Assembly (NCBI RefSeq): GCF_003231495.1
Contig: NZ_PQWO01000008.1
Location: 120,001 to 152,000 of the forward strand
DNA length: 32,000 bases
DNA from: Acaryochloris thomasi RCC1774
GTDB lineage: Bacteria > Cyanobacteriota > Cyanobacteriia > Thermosynechococcales > Thermosynechococcaceae
Direction of reading: 5' to 3'
Positions 1 through 9,622 of the stretch are shown here, piece after piece (within the stretch, counting starts at the first letter, position 1; the number at the start of each line of letters is the position of its first letter). Under the pieces are notes generated by a model. The model made no database searches and was not told where the DNA came from. It was given only the letters and a program-made list of their open reading frames with translations. The translations under genes and the position numbers were made by a program.

Positions 1-1259
1 TGCCGTTCTATGTGATGGAATGCATTGAAGGCATCAACCTTGAACAACTCTTGCAGGTGAAGTCGCTCTCATTAGCCCGATTTTTGAAATTGATGGGGCA
101 AGTCTGTTCTGGCCTGCACTGTGCCCATCAAGGCATCAATGTAGATGGCAACCTCTATCAAGTCATTCATCGAGACATTAAGCCCAGCAACATTTTCGTC
201 ACCCACAACGAGAGCCTCGGGGAGCTGGCAAAACTCCTAGATTTTGGTATTGCTGATTTTCTGAATCAAACCCTTAAAGATGGCCCAACCCAGCCCTTCA
301 TGGGCACCCTCGCCTACGGTTCTCCCGAACAGATCTCAGGGCAGCAACCGGACTCACGCTCAGATATTTACAGCCTTGGCGTCACAATGTTTGAGTCGCT
401 GACGGGAGACCTGCCCATCAAAGCAGAGGTGGACACCTTTGATCTATGGCACCGCGCCCATTGCCAGCAGCAGCCTCGCCGCTTTTCTCAGGCAGATCCC
501 CACCTAGAAATTCCTGCGCCCCTAGAAGAAGTGATCATGGCTTGCTTAGCAAAGCAACCTGAGCAGCGTCCCCAGAACGTTGAAGAGATTCGAGAGGTCT
601 TGAGAACAGTCAGTCAATCTGGCATTGCCAAACTGTCTCAACCAACAGATACCATCCCTGAGTTAGTCAAGATTGCAGCGCAGATAGAGCAGCAGCAGCA
701 GTCGCCCGCCCATCAAACCCTGGTCACCTTTGAGTCAGCAGAGGATGTGGCTTGGCACTCAACTTGGCCCGAGAACATACCGCAGGCGAAGATCGCCTTC
801 CCTCAGACGTTGAAGTGTGCACAACAAGATGCCGCAGCTTTATGGGTAATGCTTGCCCCAGAGGAAATTCAGCAGCGGATGCTGAATACTCGTCACTGCC
901 ATTTTTTATGTACGTTTGCGCCCCATCCCATGTTGCTGTGGATTACGTCTATCTTCAGCCGTGAGCAGGGGCCCAAATGGATGCCCTGTTATATCGATCT
1001 CAAAGATCAGCAGGGACGCTATATGACTCAGCTCTTGAGCTCTGCTGGCTACTATCATCTACTGATGTTTGGGCTGCAGTCACCCAGCCGCCCCGCTAAT
1101 GTAGCAACGGTCAGTATCCCTGAGCCGCAGCGGAAGCATCTTTCTGATTGGCTGACAATGGCCCACGGCAAAACCTCAACGGGCACACCGGCCCAGAGCA
1201 AGCAGTTTTTGCGCGAGAAGTATCAAAGCGTCAAGGCAAAGATTCAGTCAAGGCTCTAG
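1..1259 (+). CDS. Ser/Thr protein kinase (Hanks type), 5' end cut by the window edge, with an uncharacterised ~200-aa C-terminal domain
   Basis: The frame is open from the window start. Catalytic loop HRDIKPSN, LDFGIA (DFG) and activation-segment GTLAYGSPEQ are all intact. Stop TAG at 1257-1259. Confidence 0.85.
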   Translation, partial: PFYVMECIEGINLEQLLQVKSLSLARFLKLMGQVCSGLHCAHQGINVDGNLYQVIHRDIKPSNIFVTHNESLGELAKLLDFGIADFLNQTLKDGPTQPFMGTLAYGSPEQISGQQPDSRSDIYSLGVTMFESLTGDLPIKAEVDTFDLWHRAHCQQQPRRFSQADPHLEIPAPLEEVIMACLAKQPEQRPQNVEEIREVLRTVSQSGIAKLSQPTDTIPELVKIAAQIEQQQQSPAHQTLVTFESAEDVAWHSTWPENIPQAKIAFPQTLKCAQQDAAALWVMLAPEEIQQRMLNTRHCHFLCTFAPHPMLLWITSIFSREQGPKWMPCYIDLKDQQGRYMTQLLSSAGYYHLLMFGLQSPSRPANVATVSIPEPQRKHLSDWLTMAHGKTSTGTPAQSKQFLREKYQSVKAKIQSRL

Positions 1260-1291
1260 AGCCTTGCTCTTGGCGCTGTTTTTGAGGCCAG

Positions 1292-2494
1292 TTAGAAAAG
1301 CAATTCCTCGGCCAGAATAGCGGCGATCCGTTCTGATGCGCCGCTGCGCCCCATGCGTTGCAGGCCGTTTTCATACCACTGCTGCGGGTCTGCTTGGTCA
1401 ATCTGCTGGAGAGCCTCAGGTACCTGGTGCGGATGCTCTAGGTTGAAGATGGAGTGGCCCAGCAATCGAGACTGCGCTTCGGCAAAGGCTGCGGTGAACT
1501 GCGGTCCTTTACCCGGTAGTGTAATCACAGGGATTCCCAGGCCAACGCATTGCTCAGTGGCGGTGCCAGCGGTTGCGATCGCAACTCCCACTCGCCCCAA
1601 ACAATCATTAAAATGCTCGGTCAACACCAGCCTTGCCTCTTCCTGAATCCAAATATTCTCAGATAAGCAGTGCCAACCAGACTTCTCTAACATTTCTGCC
1701 AGTGGCGCTCGCTCTAACCCTGGCGCGACGGCTGCCAGGAAGAGCCGGTTTTGAAGAAGAGATGTAACAGCCTCTAAGATCAGCTCCCAGTTTTGATAAG
1801 CCTCCGGTGGACGAGAACCCGGCAGCAGCAGAATAGCCCGCTGCGGCTGATGCTTCACCGCACTTAAATCAAGCTGACCCGTGGGCTGCAGATTATCCAT
1901 CATGGGATTGCCAGCATCGAACACCGATATCGGCCATTCTTGAAGGGTCTTAGCCGTTAACGAATCACGGGGGAACACAGCGCAAGCCTGCTGCATCAGC
2001 CAGCGCTCCCAAGGCAAATAAACTGAAGCGCTGAGCCACCAGGGATGTCCCACGTTTGGTAAAGGAGTACCTCGTTCATCGCGCAGATAATAATCAGATT
2101 TAGCGGTACCGACAAAGGCATAGGGTGCTCCGCTCCACCAAGCGAACAGCAGCGGAACAATGTCGCCCACCGCCAGGATTTTGCCCCCTTGTTTCGCCCA
2201 CTGTCGGACTTCTCGAAGCTGTCTGCGCGTGAGCTGCCAGAGGCCACCCTGCAAATCACGGAGCGTTTGGCGGCCATCCATGTATATAAACCCACCAGAC
2301 GGCATTATTTGAACAGCGTCTAACAGTTGAATATGCTGCCGCCGGTAGGCATACCCCTCCCCCACAATCGGCAATGCTTTGATCTCGAGAGAATGAGGGA
2401 GCTTTTTCAGAGACTGTACAATGCGAACAGCCACCTGATCCTCACCATGACCATTACTGAGAACCAGCAAATTTGAAGGTGTTCGGCTCAGCAT
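1292..2494 (-). CDS. Lipid-A-disaccharide synthase-related glycosyltransferase (cyanobacterial LpxB-like family)
   Basis: 400-aa ORF with an ATG start (CAT at 2492-2494). N-terminal LVLSNGHGEDQVA and C-terminal ATAGTATEQCVGLGIPVI resemble GT-B LpxB-related proteins. Family name recalled, not searched. Confidence 0.6.
   Translation of the reverse strand: MLSRTPSNLLVLSNGHGEDQVAVRIVQSLKKLPHSLEIKALPIVGEGYAYRRQHIQLLDAVQIMPSGGFIYMDGRQTLRDLQGGLWQLTRRQLREVRQWAKQGGKILAVGDIVPLLFAWWSGAPYAFVGTAKSDYYLRDERGTPLPNVGHPWWLSASVYLPWERWLMQQACAVFPRDSLTAKTLQEWPISVFDAGNPMMDNLQPTGQLDLSAVKHQPQRAILLLPGSRPPEAYQNWELILEAVTSLLQNRLFLAAVAPGLERAPLAEMLEKSGWHCLSENIWIQEEARLVLTEHFNDCLGRVGVAIATAGTATEQCVGLGIPVITLPGKGPQFTAAFAEAQSRLLGHSIFNLEHPHQVPEALQQIDQADPQQWYENGLQRMGRSGASERIAAILAEELLF
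1575..1582. repeat. HIP1 (highly iterated palindrome GCGATCGC), first of at least 12 copies
   Basis: Hand-located copies: 1575, 5255, 11095, 12366, 14646, 15562, 15899, 17419, 19979, 22085, 23241, 31500 (each is the start of the 8-mer). About 0.5 copies would be expected by chance in 32 kb. Confidence 0.9.
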
Positions 2495-2630
2495 AAAAAA
2501 CTCATTACAGCAAACGTAGAAAGCACCTCAATCACAATATTGACACCGATCGCATGATTGAGAATCGATTCATCCTACATTGGTTCCGATCCACGATCCG
2601 AATCTAATTCATCGCTTGCCCATTAATCCC

Positions 2631-4061
2631 ATGACCCAAGCAAAGAAACAGCATCAGACTCAAGCCCTTCACCCAGAGTCAGCTCACGCTATCGTCATCG
2701 GCGGCAGTATTGCAGGACTCCTGGCTGCGCGTGTGCTGACCGACCACTTTGAACGGGTCACTATCGTAGAACGCGATCCGCTCCCCAGTGAACCGCAGGC
2801 TCGTCCAGGGGTACCCCAATCTCAACATACCCATATCTTACTAACCCAGGGATATCACTCCTTAGAGACCCTATTCCCAGGAATTGGCGACTCTTTAGTG
2901 GCACAGGGGGCAACTCGCATAGATTGGTTAGCAGAGTGTCCCATTATGTTCCCCTCGGGCTGGGCACCTCGGTTTCCCTCTGAGATCAAAGCTCCCCTCT
3001 GTAGTCGCACCCTGCTAGAACAGGTAATCCGTCAGCAACTTGAGCGCAACGATCGGATACGCTGGGCAACGCCCTGCACCGTCACTCAATTCATCCCCCA
3101 TCCGCAACGAGCAGCGCTGCATGCCGTTCAGATCAAAGATGCTCAGGGAAAGATCGCTGAGTTGTCCGCTCAGCTCATCGTTGATGCCAGCGGACGCAAT
3201 TCTCATGCCCCTCAGTGGTTGCAACATCTCGGCTATGCACCGCCTCAAGAAACCATTATTGACTCTGGCCTCGGCTATGCTAGCCGTTGGTATCGGCGTC
3301 CGTGCGAATTCTTTGAAGACTGGAAAAGCATCTATGTCATGGCTCAGGCTCCAAACTATCCTTGTCTAGGAGCGCTATTTCAACTGGAAGACGATCGCTG
3401 GCTGGTCACCCTAATGGGCATCAATCACAATTATCCCTCTACAAATGAGGCCGGATTTCTCGACTTTGCCAGTCATCTCAGGAGTCCTGTTATTTATGAG
3501 GCCATCAAGGCTGCTGAACCTCTCTCTAAGATTTATTCTTATCGCGGGACAGCCAATCGCCAGCGGCACTATGAGAAGCTAACTCAGTTACCGGAAAATT
3601 TCATCAGCATCGGAGACGCCATATGCGCCTTCAACCCTGTTTACGGTCAGGGTGTGACTATTGCCGCAGAAAGCGCCATTGCCCTTGGCCAGTGCCTGCA
3701 GCATCAGCACAAACGATACGGCGCAGGCCAATGGACAGGGTTCTCTCGATATTTTCATCAGCAACTGGTCTCTGTGACCCGTACCCCTTGGCTGATGGCA
3801 ACAGGGGAAGATCTGCGCTGGCCTCAGACCGTGGGGAATCAACCGGACCTCATTACAAAACTGTTGCAGTGGTACATGGATCAAGTGGTAAGTCTAATTA
3901 ATGAGGAAGGTGATGTCTACCAAGCCTTTTTAGAAGTCGTACACCGACTGAAGGCCCCTACTTCTCTTTTGCATTCTCAGATTCTGAAGAAAGTAATTGC
4001 GAAACGAATTAGCCACCCATCAGGGGAAGTCTCCACCTCCTCGGTACGAGGTCAGCTTTAA
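2631..4061 (+). CDS. FAD-dependent oxidoreductase/monooxygenase
   Basis: Rossmann dinucleotide fingerprint AIVIGGSIAGLLAARVL...VTIVERD near the N-terminus. Later DASGRNS and GDAICAFNPVYGQG motifs are typical of flavin monooxygenases. The track ORF starts at TTG 2580; the first ATG is 2631. Confidence 0.75.
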   Translation: MTQAKKQHQTQALHPESAHAIVIGGSIAGLLAARVLTDHFERVTIVERDPLPSEPQARPGVPQSQHTHILLTQGYHSLETLFPGIGDSLVAQGATRIDWLAECPIMFPSGWAPRFPSEIKAPLCSRTLLEQVIRQQLERNDRIRWATPCTVTQFIPHPQRAALHAVQIKDAQGKIAELSAQLIVDASGRNSHAPQWLQHLGYAPPQETIIDSGLGYASRWYRRPCEFFEDWKSIYVMAQAPNYPCLGALFQLEDDRWLVTLMGINHNYPSTNEAGFLDFASHLRSPVIYEAIKAAEPLSKIYSYRGTANRQRHYEKLTQLPENFISIGDAICAFNPVYGQGVTIAAESAIALGQCLQHQHKRYGAGQWTGFSRYFHQQLVSVTRTPWLMATGEDLRWPQTVGNQPDLITKLLQWYMDQVVSLINEEGDVYQAFLEVVHRLKAPTSLLHSQILKKVIAKRISHPSGEVSTSSVRGQL

Positions 4062-4102
4062 GCATCATTTGCGTAACCAAAACCTGAGCGTCGTTTTCTA
4101 TG

Positions 4103-7100
4103 TCAAAGGTGAGACATATGCGCTATGTCTGATGCAGTTCTCTCAAGCTCTTCAAGACGAGTACGGGCGGCTTGTAAATCGGGAGACTCCAATCCCTCAG
4201 TAAATCGGTCGTAAATCTCTGACAAGAACTGGTGTGCGTCTTGAGCTTTGCCTTGGCTTTGCCATAATCGAGTTAATCCCACTGCGGCTCTTAATTCCAG
4301 CATCAGAGCATTCTGCGTATGAGAGAGATCTAAAGCTTGCTGGAAAAGACTCTCCGCCTCTTGTAGAGCTGTAGATAGACTTAATGAAAAAGAAAGCTCA
4401 CCAGCAACGCCTTCGGCTGTCATTGCTTCCGTCATTAGAATCTCAGCATTAAGACGATAAAGCTCTGGTTCCATATGGTGTTCTTGACGACGACTGGCCT
4501 CCTGCATCCCCTCATTCAAAATGTCGAGGGCTTCCTCTATGCGACCTGCTGTCCAGAAGGCTTCTGCCATCATCACCATAATGTGAGGCAAAGTGATGGA
4601 ACTCCCTGTCTTCCGAAATAGAACGACGCCTTCCTCAATTTCTTTGATGCCAGCATCAATTTTCCCCTGGATTGTCAGCGACCAACCGTGATAGATGGCA
4701 GCGACTGCAACCCACAACAAGAATCCCTCCTCCCGTGCACTTTTGAGCAAAGCTTCTGTGTTCTCTCGGACCCACTTAGAATCCTGTGCGTAGTGGTAGA
4801 AGAAGCAACTTGTCCCTAGAAGCAGGGCACCACTGGCGGGATGGCTCAATTCTGCTGATCGTTTAAATCCAGTCTGGATTTGCGCTTCAGCCTGTTCTGG
4901 ATATCCTTGCATCCACAGACTTCCTGCTAAAAAGATTCGGAACGCCAGAAAGGAAGCCATTTGAAAGGTGCGGATAATCTCCTGTTCGGTCTCTGGATCA
5001 TAGAGTGCAAGTCCTTGTTCTGCATGGGCTTGGGCCTGGGAAAAGTTGCCTTGGTAAAAGGCTGTATACCCAAGAGCATGGTGTGCCAGGATCGCTAGCT
5101 TGGGGTCACCAGAGGATGTTGCCCTTCGTTGAACATCACGGGCAGTGTTGAGGGCTTTATCAAAGTCACCTCGCATAAAGTAATTTGTCCACAATCCCCA
5201 GAGAGCAGTGGCAAGGGTCTCACTATTGCTTAAAGTCTGACTGAGGGTACGGATGCGATCGCAAGTTTGTTCCACCTCTGTTGCCGCCCATCCTCTCGTT
5301 GCCATATAAGCCGGTGCGAGATAAATTTGTAGCTCTAGCTCCCGCTGATCACGATCAGGTGTGTATGGCAGCTTCTGCAATAACGTCAATCCCTGAGTGA
5401 GGTGACTAATGGCCTCCACGCAGGCAGACCGAAGAACAGCTCTTTTGCCAGCCTGCATGTAGTAGAGAACTGCCGAGTCGTCCCGACCGGCCTCCTCATA
5501 ATGATGGGCCAATAATTCTAAACGCCCTTCAAGAGCATTCGGCAGCTGAGTTTCTAGCACCTCAGCAATATGGAGATGATAGCTTTGCCTACGACTTTTA
5601 AGTAAAGACTGGTAAGCCGCGTCCTGAATCAAAGCGTGCTTGAAGTGATACGACGCCTGAGGCGGTATTCCCTGCTGATAGAGCAAGCCAGCCTGAACCA
5701 ACTGCTCTAAGCCATGACGTAAAGCACCCAAATCCCAAGAGGACGCCGCTGCAATCAGCTCGTAGTTGAACTCGCGCCCAATTGTTGCCCCTAGTTGGGC
5801 AATCTCCTTAACCCGCGAGAGACGATCGAGCCGCGCAATCAGAGAATCCTGTAACGTTGCAGGAATAGCCAACAAAGAACGTTCTGAAACCTCAACTTCA
5901 CCGCTGTTTTCGCCCGGGAGGAAATTGAACTCTAGGACTGTTTTGGTCAGTTCTTCTAGATAAAGGGGGGTACCATCTGTCTTCGCCACAATTTGATCCA
6001 CCACCTTGCCCGGCAAAACTTTTGATCCAGCCATCGTGCCCACTAGAGTTCCTGCCTGTACGGAGGTTAAGGGCATCAGAGGGATAGAAACAAGGCGAAG
6101 GGAATTCTCCCACGACGGCGTGAATTCAGGCCGAAAGGTAAGCAGGATTAAGATAGAATGCTGTGCTCCTTTATCGATCAGGTGATTCAGCATATTCAAG
6201 GTGGAAGCATCCATCCAGTGCAGATCTTCAATCACCAGCAGGACAGGCTGTTGTGCAGCCCGCAACAATAGCACCTGCACCATCAGTTTTATTGTTTCCT
6301 GCTTCTGTCGCTCGGGGGTGAGAGCTAAGGGTTCATAACTAGGCTGAAAAGGAACCGAAAGCAGCGAGGCCACTAGAGGAACGCCCTGCTCTAAAGGCAG
6401 CCCATACTGGGTCAAAAACCCTTCAATTTTAGCGAGCTTTGCCTGCGTATCTTCCTCTCGCCCAAATCGGAGCACAACCTGCTCTAGCTGCTCAATAATC
6501 GAGTAAAAAGAGCTATTGCGATAGTAGGGTAAACCGCGAAGCTCTGAAAGCCATGCATTGGACTCATCTGCGACCTGTTCTTTCAGAGCCCACACCAAGC
6601 GAGATTTACCGATCCCTGCATCTCCCCCAAGCTCAACGATACGTGAGTGTCCACGTTTAGCTTGCGCCCAGCAGTCCAATAGAAGTGCCAACTCTTTGTC
6701 TCGACCCACCAGCGGAGACAAACCAGATTGTTCAGCCACATCAAGCCGACTTTTAGCCGTACTCTCATGCGTAACTTGGTAGGTACTAATAGGTTTAGAA
6801 ATTCCCTTCAGAATCGTTTCGCCCAGAAATTGGCACTCAAAGAAGCCCGCAATGAGTTGTTTCGTTGCCTTGCTAATCACCAACGTATTGGACTGAGCAA
6901 CCTCCTGCAGCCGAGCGGAGATATTAGGCGCTTCTCCCACGATCGCCATAGGCTCGCGTAAATCTCGGTTGCCCATTTCTCCCGCAACAACCAACCCAGT
7001 ATGAATACCGATCCGAACCGCTAATGTCGCTCCCCATCTATCCTCAAGCCGCCGATTTAACCGTTCAATCGCTTCCAGAATACCTAAGCCGCCTCGAACC

Positions 7101-7618
7101 GCGCGCTGAGCATCATCTTCATGGGCCTGAGGATAACCAAAATAAATTAAGAGTCCATCCCCCAAAAACTTAGCAATATGGCCCCCGAACAAAGCAGTTA
7201 CCTTACCAATCGAATCCTGGTAAGCCAGAAAGATCTCACGGAGATCTTCAGGATCAAATTGTTCAGACAGAGACGTTGAATTGACCATGTCACAAAACAT
7301 GACCGTAAGCTGGCGGCGCTCAGCAGCAGCACTTGGCGAACGCTCAATGGCTGAATAAAGATTCGCCGTCACCGGAACAGGCTGGAGCGACGGATGCACT
7401 TTTATCTCAGTCGCTCCAGAGCTATCGGCCTGTCCTTCCCAGATCAGCATGATGCCATCTTTATCCGCAGCAACCTCTAGAACCTGAACCAGCTCAAAGA
7501 CTAAATCCGCGAGCCAATCATCATCTAGATCAAACTGACGTTTGAGTGCCCGGTAGGAGATTCGTTCTCGACGCTGAAGGAGCGCAAGGGTCTGATCTAA
7601 TAATTCTTCAAAGGTCAT
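4103..7618 (-). CDS. Multidomain signalling protein: class III adenylate/guanylate cyclase domain + P-loop AAA/STAND ATPase + C-terminal TPR-like helical repeats
   Basis: 1171-aa ORF with an ATG start. Cyclase core at aa ~101-283 (LTVMFCDMVNST..., FLGDGLLIYFG, RIGIHTGLVVAGEMG). Walker A GGDAGIGKSRL at aa 331-341, Walker B-like LLVIEDLHWMD. The long C-terminal helical repeat region contains many A/L/Y/W-rich pairs. Confidence 0.85.
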   Translation of the reverse strand: MTFEELLDQTLALLQRRERISYRALKRQFDLDDDWLADLVFELVQVLEVAADKDGIMLIWEGQADSSGATEIKVHPSLQPVPVTANLYSAIERSPSAAAERRQLTVMFCDMVNSTSLSEQFDPEDLREIFLAYQDSIGKVTALFGGHIAKFLGDGLLIYFGYPQAHEDDAQRAVRGGLGILEAIERLNRRLEDRWGATLAVRIGIHTGLVVAGEMGNRDLREPMAIVGEAPNISARLQEVAQSNTLVISKATKQLIAGFFECQFLGETILKGISKPISTYQVTHESTAKSRLDVAEQSGLSPLVGRDKELALLLDCWAQAKRGHSRIVELGGDAGIGKSRLVWALKEQVADESNAWLSELRGLPYYRNSSFYSIIEQLEQVVLRFGREEDTQAKLAKIEGFLTQYGLPLEQGVPLVASLLSVPFQPSYEPLALTPERQKQETIKLMVQVLLLRAAQQPVLLVIEDLHWMDASTLNMLNHLIDKGAQHSILILLTFRPEFTPSWENSLRLVSIPLMPLTSVQAGTLVGTMAGSKVLPGKVVDQIVAKTDGTPLYLEELTKTVLEFNFLPGENSGEVEVSERSLLAIPATLQDSLIARLDRLSRVKEIAQLGATIGREFNYELIAAASSWDLGALRHGLEQLVQAGLLYQQGIPPQASYHFKHALIQDAAYQSLLKSRRQSYHLHIAEVLETQLPNALEGRLELLAHHYEEAGRDDSAVLYYMQAGKRAVLRSACVEAISHLTQGLTLLQKLPYTPDRDQRELELQIYLAPAYMATRGWAATEVEQTCDRIRTLSQTLSNSETLATALWGLWTNYFMRGDFDKALNTARDVQRRATSSGDPKLAILAHHALGYTAFYQGNFSQAQAHAEQGLALYDPETEQEIIRTFQMASFLAFRIFLAGSLWMQGYPEQAEAQIQTGFKRSAELSHPASGALLLGTSCFFYHYAQDSKWVRENTEALLKSAREEGFLLWVAVAAIYHGWSLTIQGKIDAGIKEIEEGVVLFRKTGSSITLPHIMVMMAEAFWTAGRIEEALDILNEGMQEASRRQEHHMEPELYRLNAEILMTEAMTAEGVAGELSFSLSLSTALQEAESLFQQALDLSHTQNALMLELRAAVGLTRLWQSQGKAQDAHQFLSEIYDRFTEGLESPDLQAARTRLEELERTASDIAHMSHL

Positions 7619-7648
7619 ACCGAATTACGCATTCATCCGTAGGGGAGA

Positions 7649-9622
7649 CTATGGAATCACAATCTTCATGATACCGGTCGGATCTTCCCAAGTCTCTTCC
7701 CAAGTCAGACCTTTTTGGTAGCCCAGCTGATCGTAGAGACGTAAGGGAGCGAAAATCTTCGGCTCGCAAATATCCCAAATTCGGCAGGGTCTAGCGGTGG
7801 AACCTGAGCTCTTTAGAATAGCGTTGACGGCCCGACGGGCAGCCTCATTCGCGCCTTCCATTGTGGCCAAATCTGTATTGGTCTGGACGTAGTCTGAGGC
7901 GAGCAAGAGGTTAGGTATCTGCGTTGTAGCTTGAGGACGTAACTTCCACGTATCGACAAGATTGACCAACAGCGGTTCTAGATTGATTTTCAATTGATTT
8001 TCAGAGATTGGGAGCAAAAGGTTATAGGTCTTTTTGCCATTGTTATTAATAATCTCTTCAATAAATCCGAGTTCAACCAAAGCATCAAGTTCAGCACTAA
8101 TTTCCTCTAAGCCCATGTCCGTCGCTTGAGCGATCTCCTCTGCTGTTTTATCTGCTTCAATCCAGCGATAAAGTTCTCGATCTAGATTAGGGCTAGGAAG
8201 CTGGCTCTTTTCAGGAAATAGCTCCCCATGAATGTCAACGATATCAGGATCTAGGAAGGTCAAATCATCGAGTAAATGCTCATCCTTAAGAACTTCGTAG
8301 CCCCCAACATTGAGACTTTGTTTTAACTGCTCCCAAACTTCTTCCTTAATCTCAGCATCTGTACAGTCTCGAGCGAACTTCTTAATTTTGATACCCTGGC
8401 TTTCTCCTCGATTCTCATCGAGGCCAGGGAATGGCCCCCAATCAGAGATATCGACGGAGAGAATTCCCTTGACCCGACCATCACCATATTGGCTAAGGTC
8501 AACATCAGGCCAAAATTGCTTTTGCGAAATAGCCGTCAGTGCCCAAGGTGTATCCACTAACAAGATATGGCCTTTAGCAATTCGTACATCTTCACTCAAA
8601 TAGAACTGAATGCCGTTCATCCAAGCGACGCTCTCCGTTAGCTTAGTAATATTGGCAAGCGCTCTATCGTGTTGACCTAGGTTCGACTTAATGACGAGTT
8701 TGGCCATCACCTCCACGGGCAGGGCCGCAATGAAGTAATCAGCCTGCACCTCATATTTTTCGTTGGTCTCAATATCTTTGATCGTGGCGCTTTCGATCTT
8801 GCCTGCTGCATAGTTGAGGCTAGTCACCAGGTTATTAAGGTGATAATTCACGCCTAGAGACTGCAAATAACTCAGCCAAGGACTCAGCCATGTCTTGTTA
8901 GTTGGGCCCGACAATAAGCGATCAGTCGTGATTGTGGGGTTAGCGAGATCTAACAATAATTCCAGAAGAATATCCCCGACTGTTTTAGTACTCGCTAGTT
9001 TGGCTTTGGAAGCAACTAAAGATTCTGTTAGACCTTTGACCAATAGATTGACATACTCAGAGTCAGAAGACGCGAACTTGTCAGCTTCAAGGAAATTCCA
9101 CCAGTCGATTTTTTCATATTCGGCTAGTCGCCGTTCTTTACAGCTCGTGATAATTTTCCACAGCTTTTGCGTAAAGAATGAAATCTCTTCTTCAGAGATC
9201 TGAATTTGAGTTTTGCCTTGGTTTGAGAGCAGTTGCAATAAGACATTCACAAGTAACCGTACATCTGTGAGGCTGGTGACAGACTTAGCAGGCATGACAA
9301 TGGTCTCCTTGCCCAGCCTGGGAATGGAGATTTGAGTTGCATCAACTAAATTATCAAAGACTGACGACCCATTTATATAGGGAATCCGCTTCATCGTATC
9401 GGTCACGTGCTGATAAAAGCCAGGGAAAAAGCGGAACCCATGTTCTCCAGGTAAATCGAGCTTGCCATTTTTACCAGAATCTGGAACTGGGATACTTCTT
9501 GCTTTTCCTCCTGGAAGATCGCGGGCGTCATAGACTGCGACATCAAAGCCCCGTTCAGCTAATTCGTGAGCCGCGCTCATACCCGCAACTCCGCCGCCCA
9601 AGACAACAACTCTCTTTTTCAT
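7649..9622 (-). CDS. Amine-oxidase/phytoene-desaturase-superfamily FAD-dependent oxidoreductase with an internal winged-helix-like insertion
   Basis: 657-aa ORF with an ATG start. N-terminal KKRVVVLGGGVAGMSAAHELAERGFDVAVYDARDLPGGKARS (GxGxxG + acidic end + GG motif). C-terminal FAD motif LLLASDYVQTNTDLATMEGANEAARRAVNAIL. The inserted segment is aa ~466-548. Confidence 0.8.
   Translation of the reverse strand: MKKRVVVLGGGVAGMSAAHELAERGFDVAVYDARDLPGGKARSIPVPDSGKNGKLDLPGEHGFRFFPGFYQHVTDTMKRIPYINGSSVFDNLVDATQISIPRLGKETIVMPAKSVTSLTDVRLLVNVLLQLLSNQGKTQIQISEEEISFFTQKLWKIITSCKERRLAEYEKIDWWNFLEADKFASSDSEYVNLLVKGLTESLVASKAKLASTKTVGDILLELLLDLANPTITTDRLLSGPTNKTWLSPWLSYLQSLGVNYHLNNLVTSLNYAAGKIESATIKDIETNEKYEVQADYFIAALPVEVMAKLVIKSNLGQHDRALANITKLTESVAWMNGIQFYLSEDVRIAKGHILLVDTPWALTAISQKQFWPDVDLSQYGDGRVKGILSVDISDWGPFPGLDENRGESQGIKIKKFARDCTDAEIKEEVWEQLKQSLNVGGYEVLKDEHLLDDLTFLDPDIVDIHGELFPEKSQLPSPNLDRELYRWIEADKTAEEIAQATDMGLEEISAELDALVELGFIEEIINNNGKKTYNLLLPISENQLKINLEPLLVNLVDTWKLRPQATTQIPNLLLASDYVQTNTDLATMEGANEAARRAVNAILKSSGSTARPCRIWDICEPKIFAPLRLYDQLGYQKGLTWEETWEDPTGIMKIVIP

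Noticed and set aside
1250-1265. Perfect 16-nt palindrome AAGGCTCTAGAGCCTT over the kinase stop codon
   Set aside because: It gives a short 6-bp stem with a 4-nt loop and no clear U-tract. It could be a weak terminator between convergent genes, but that cannot be supported from sequence alone.
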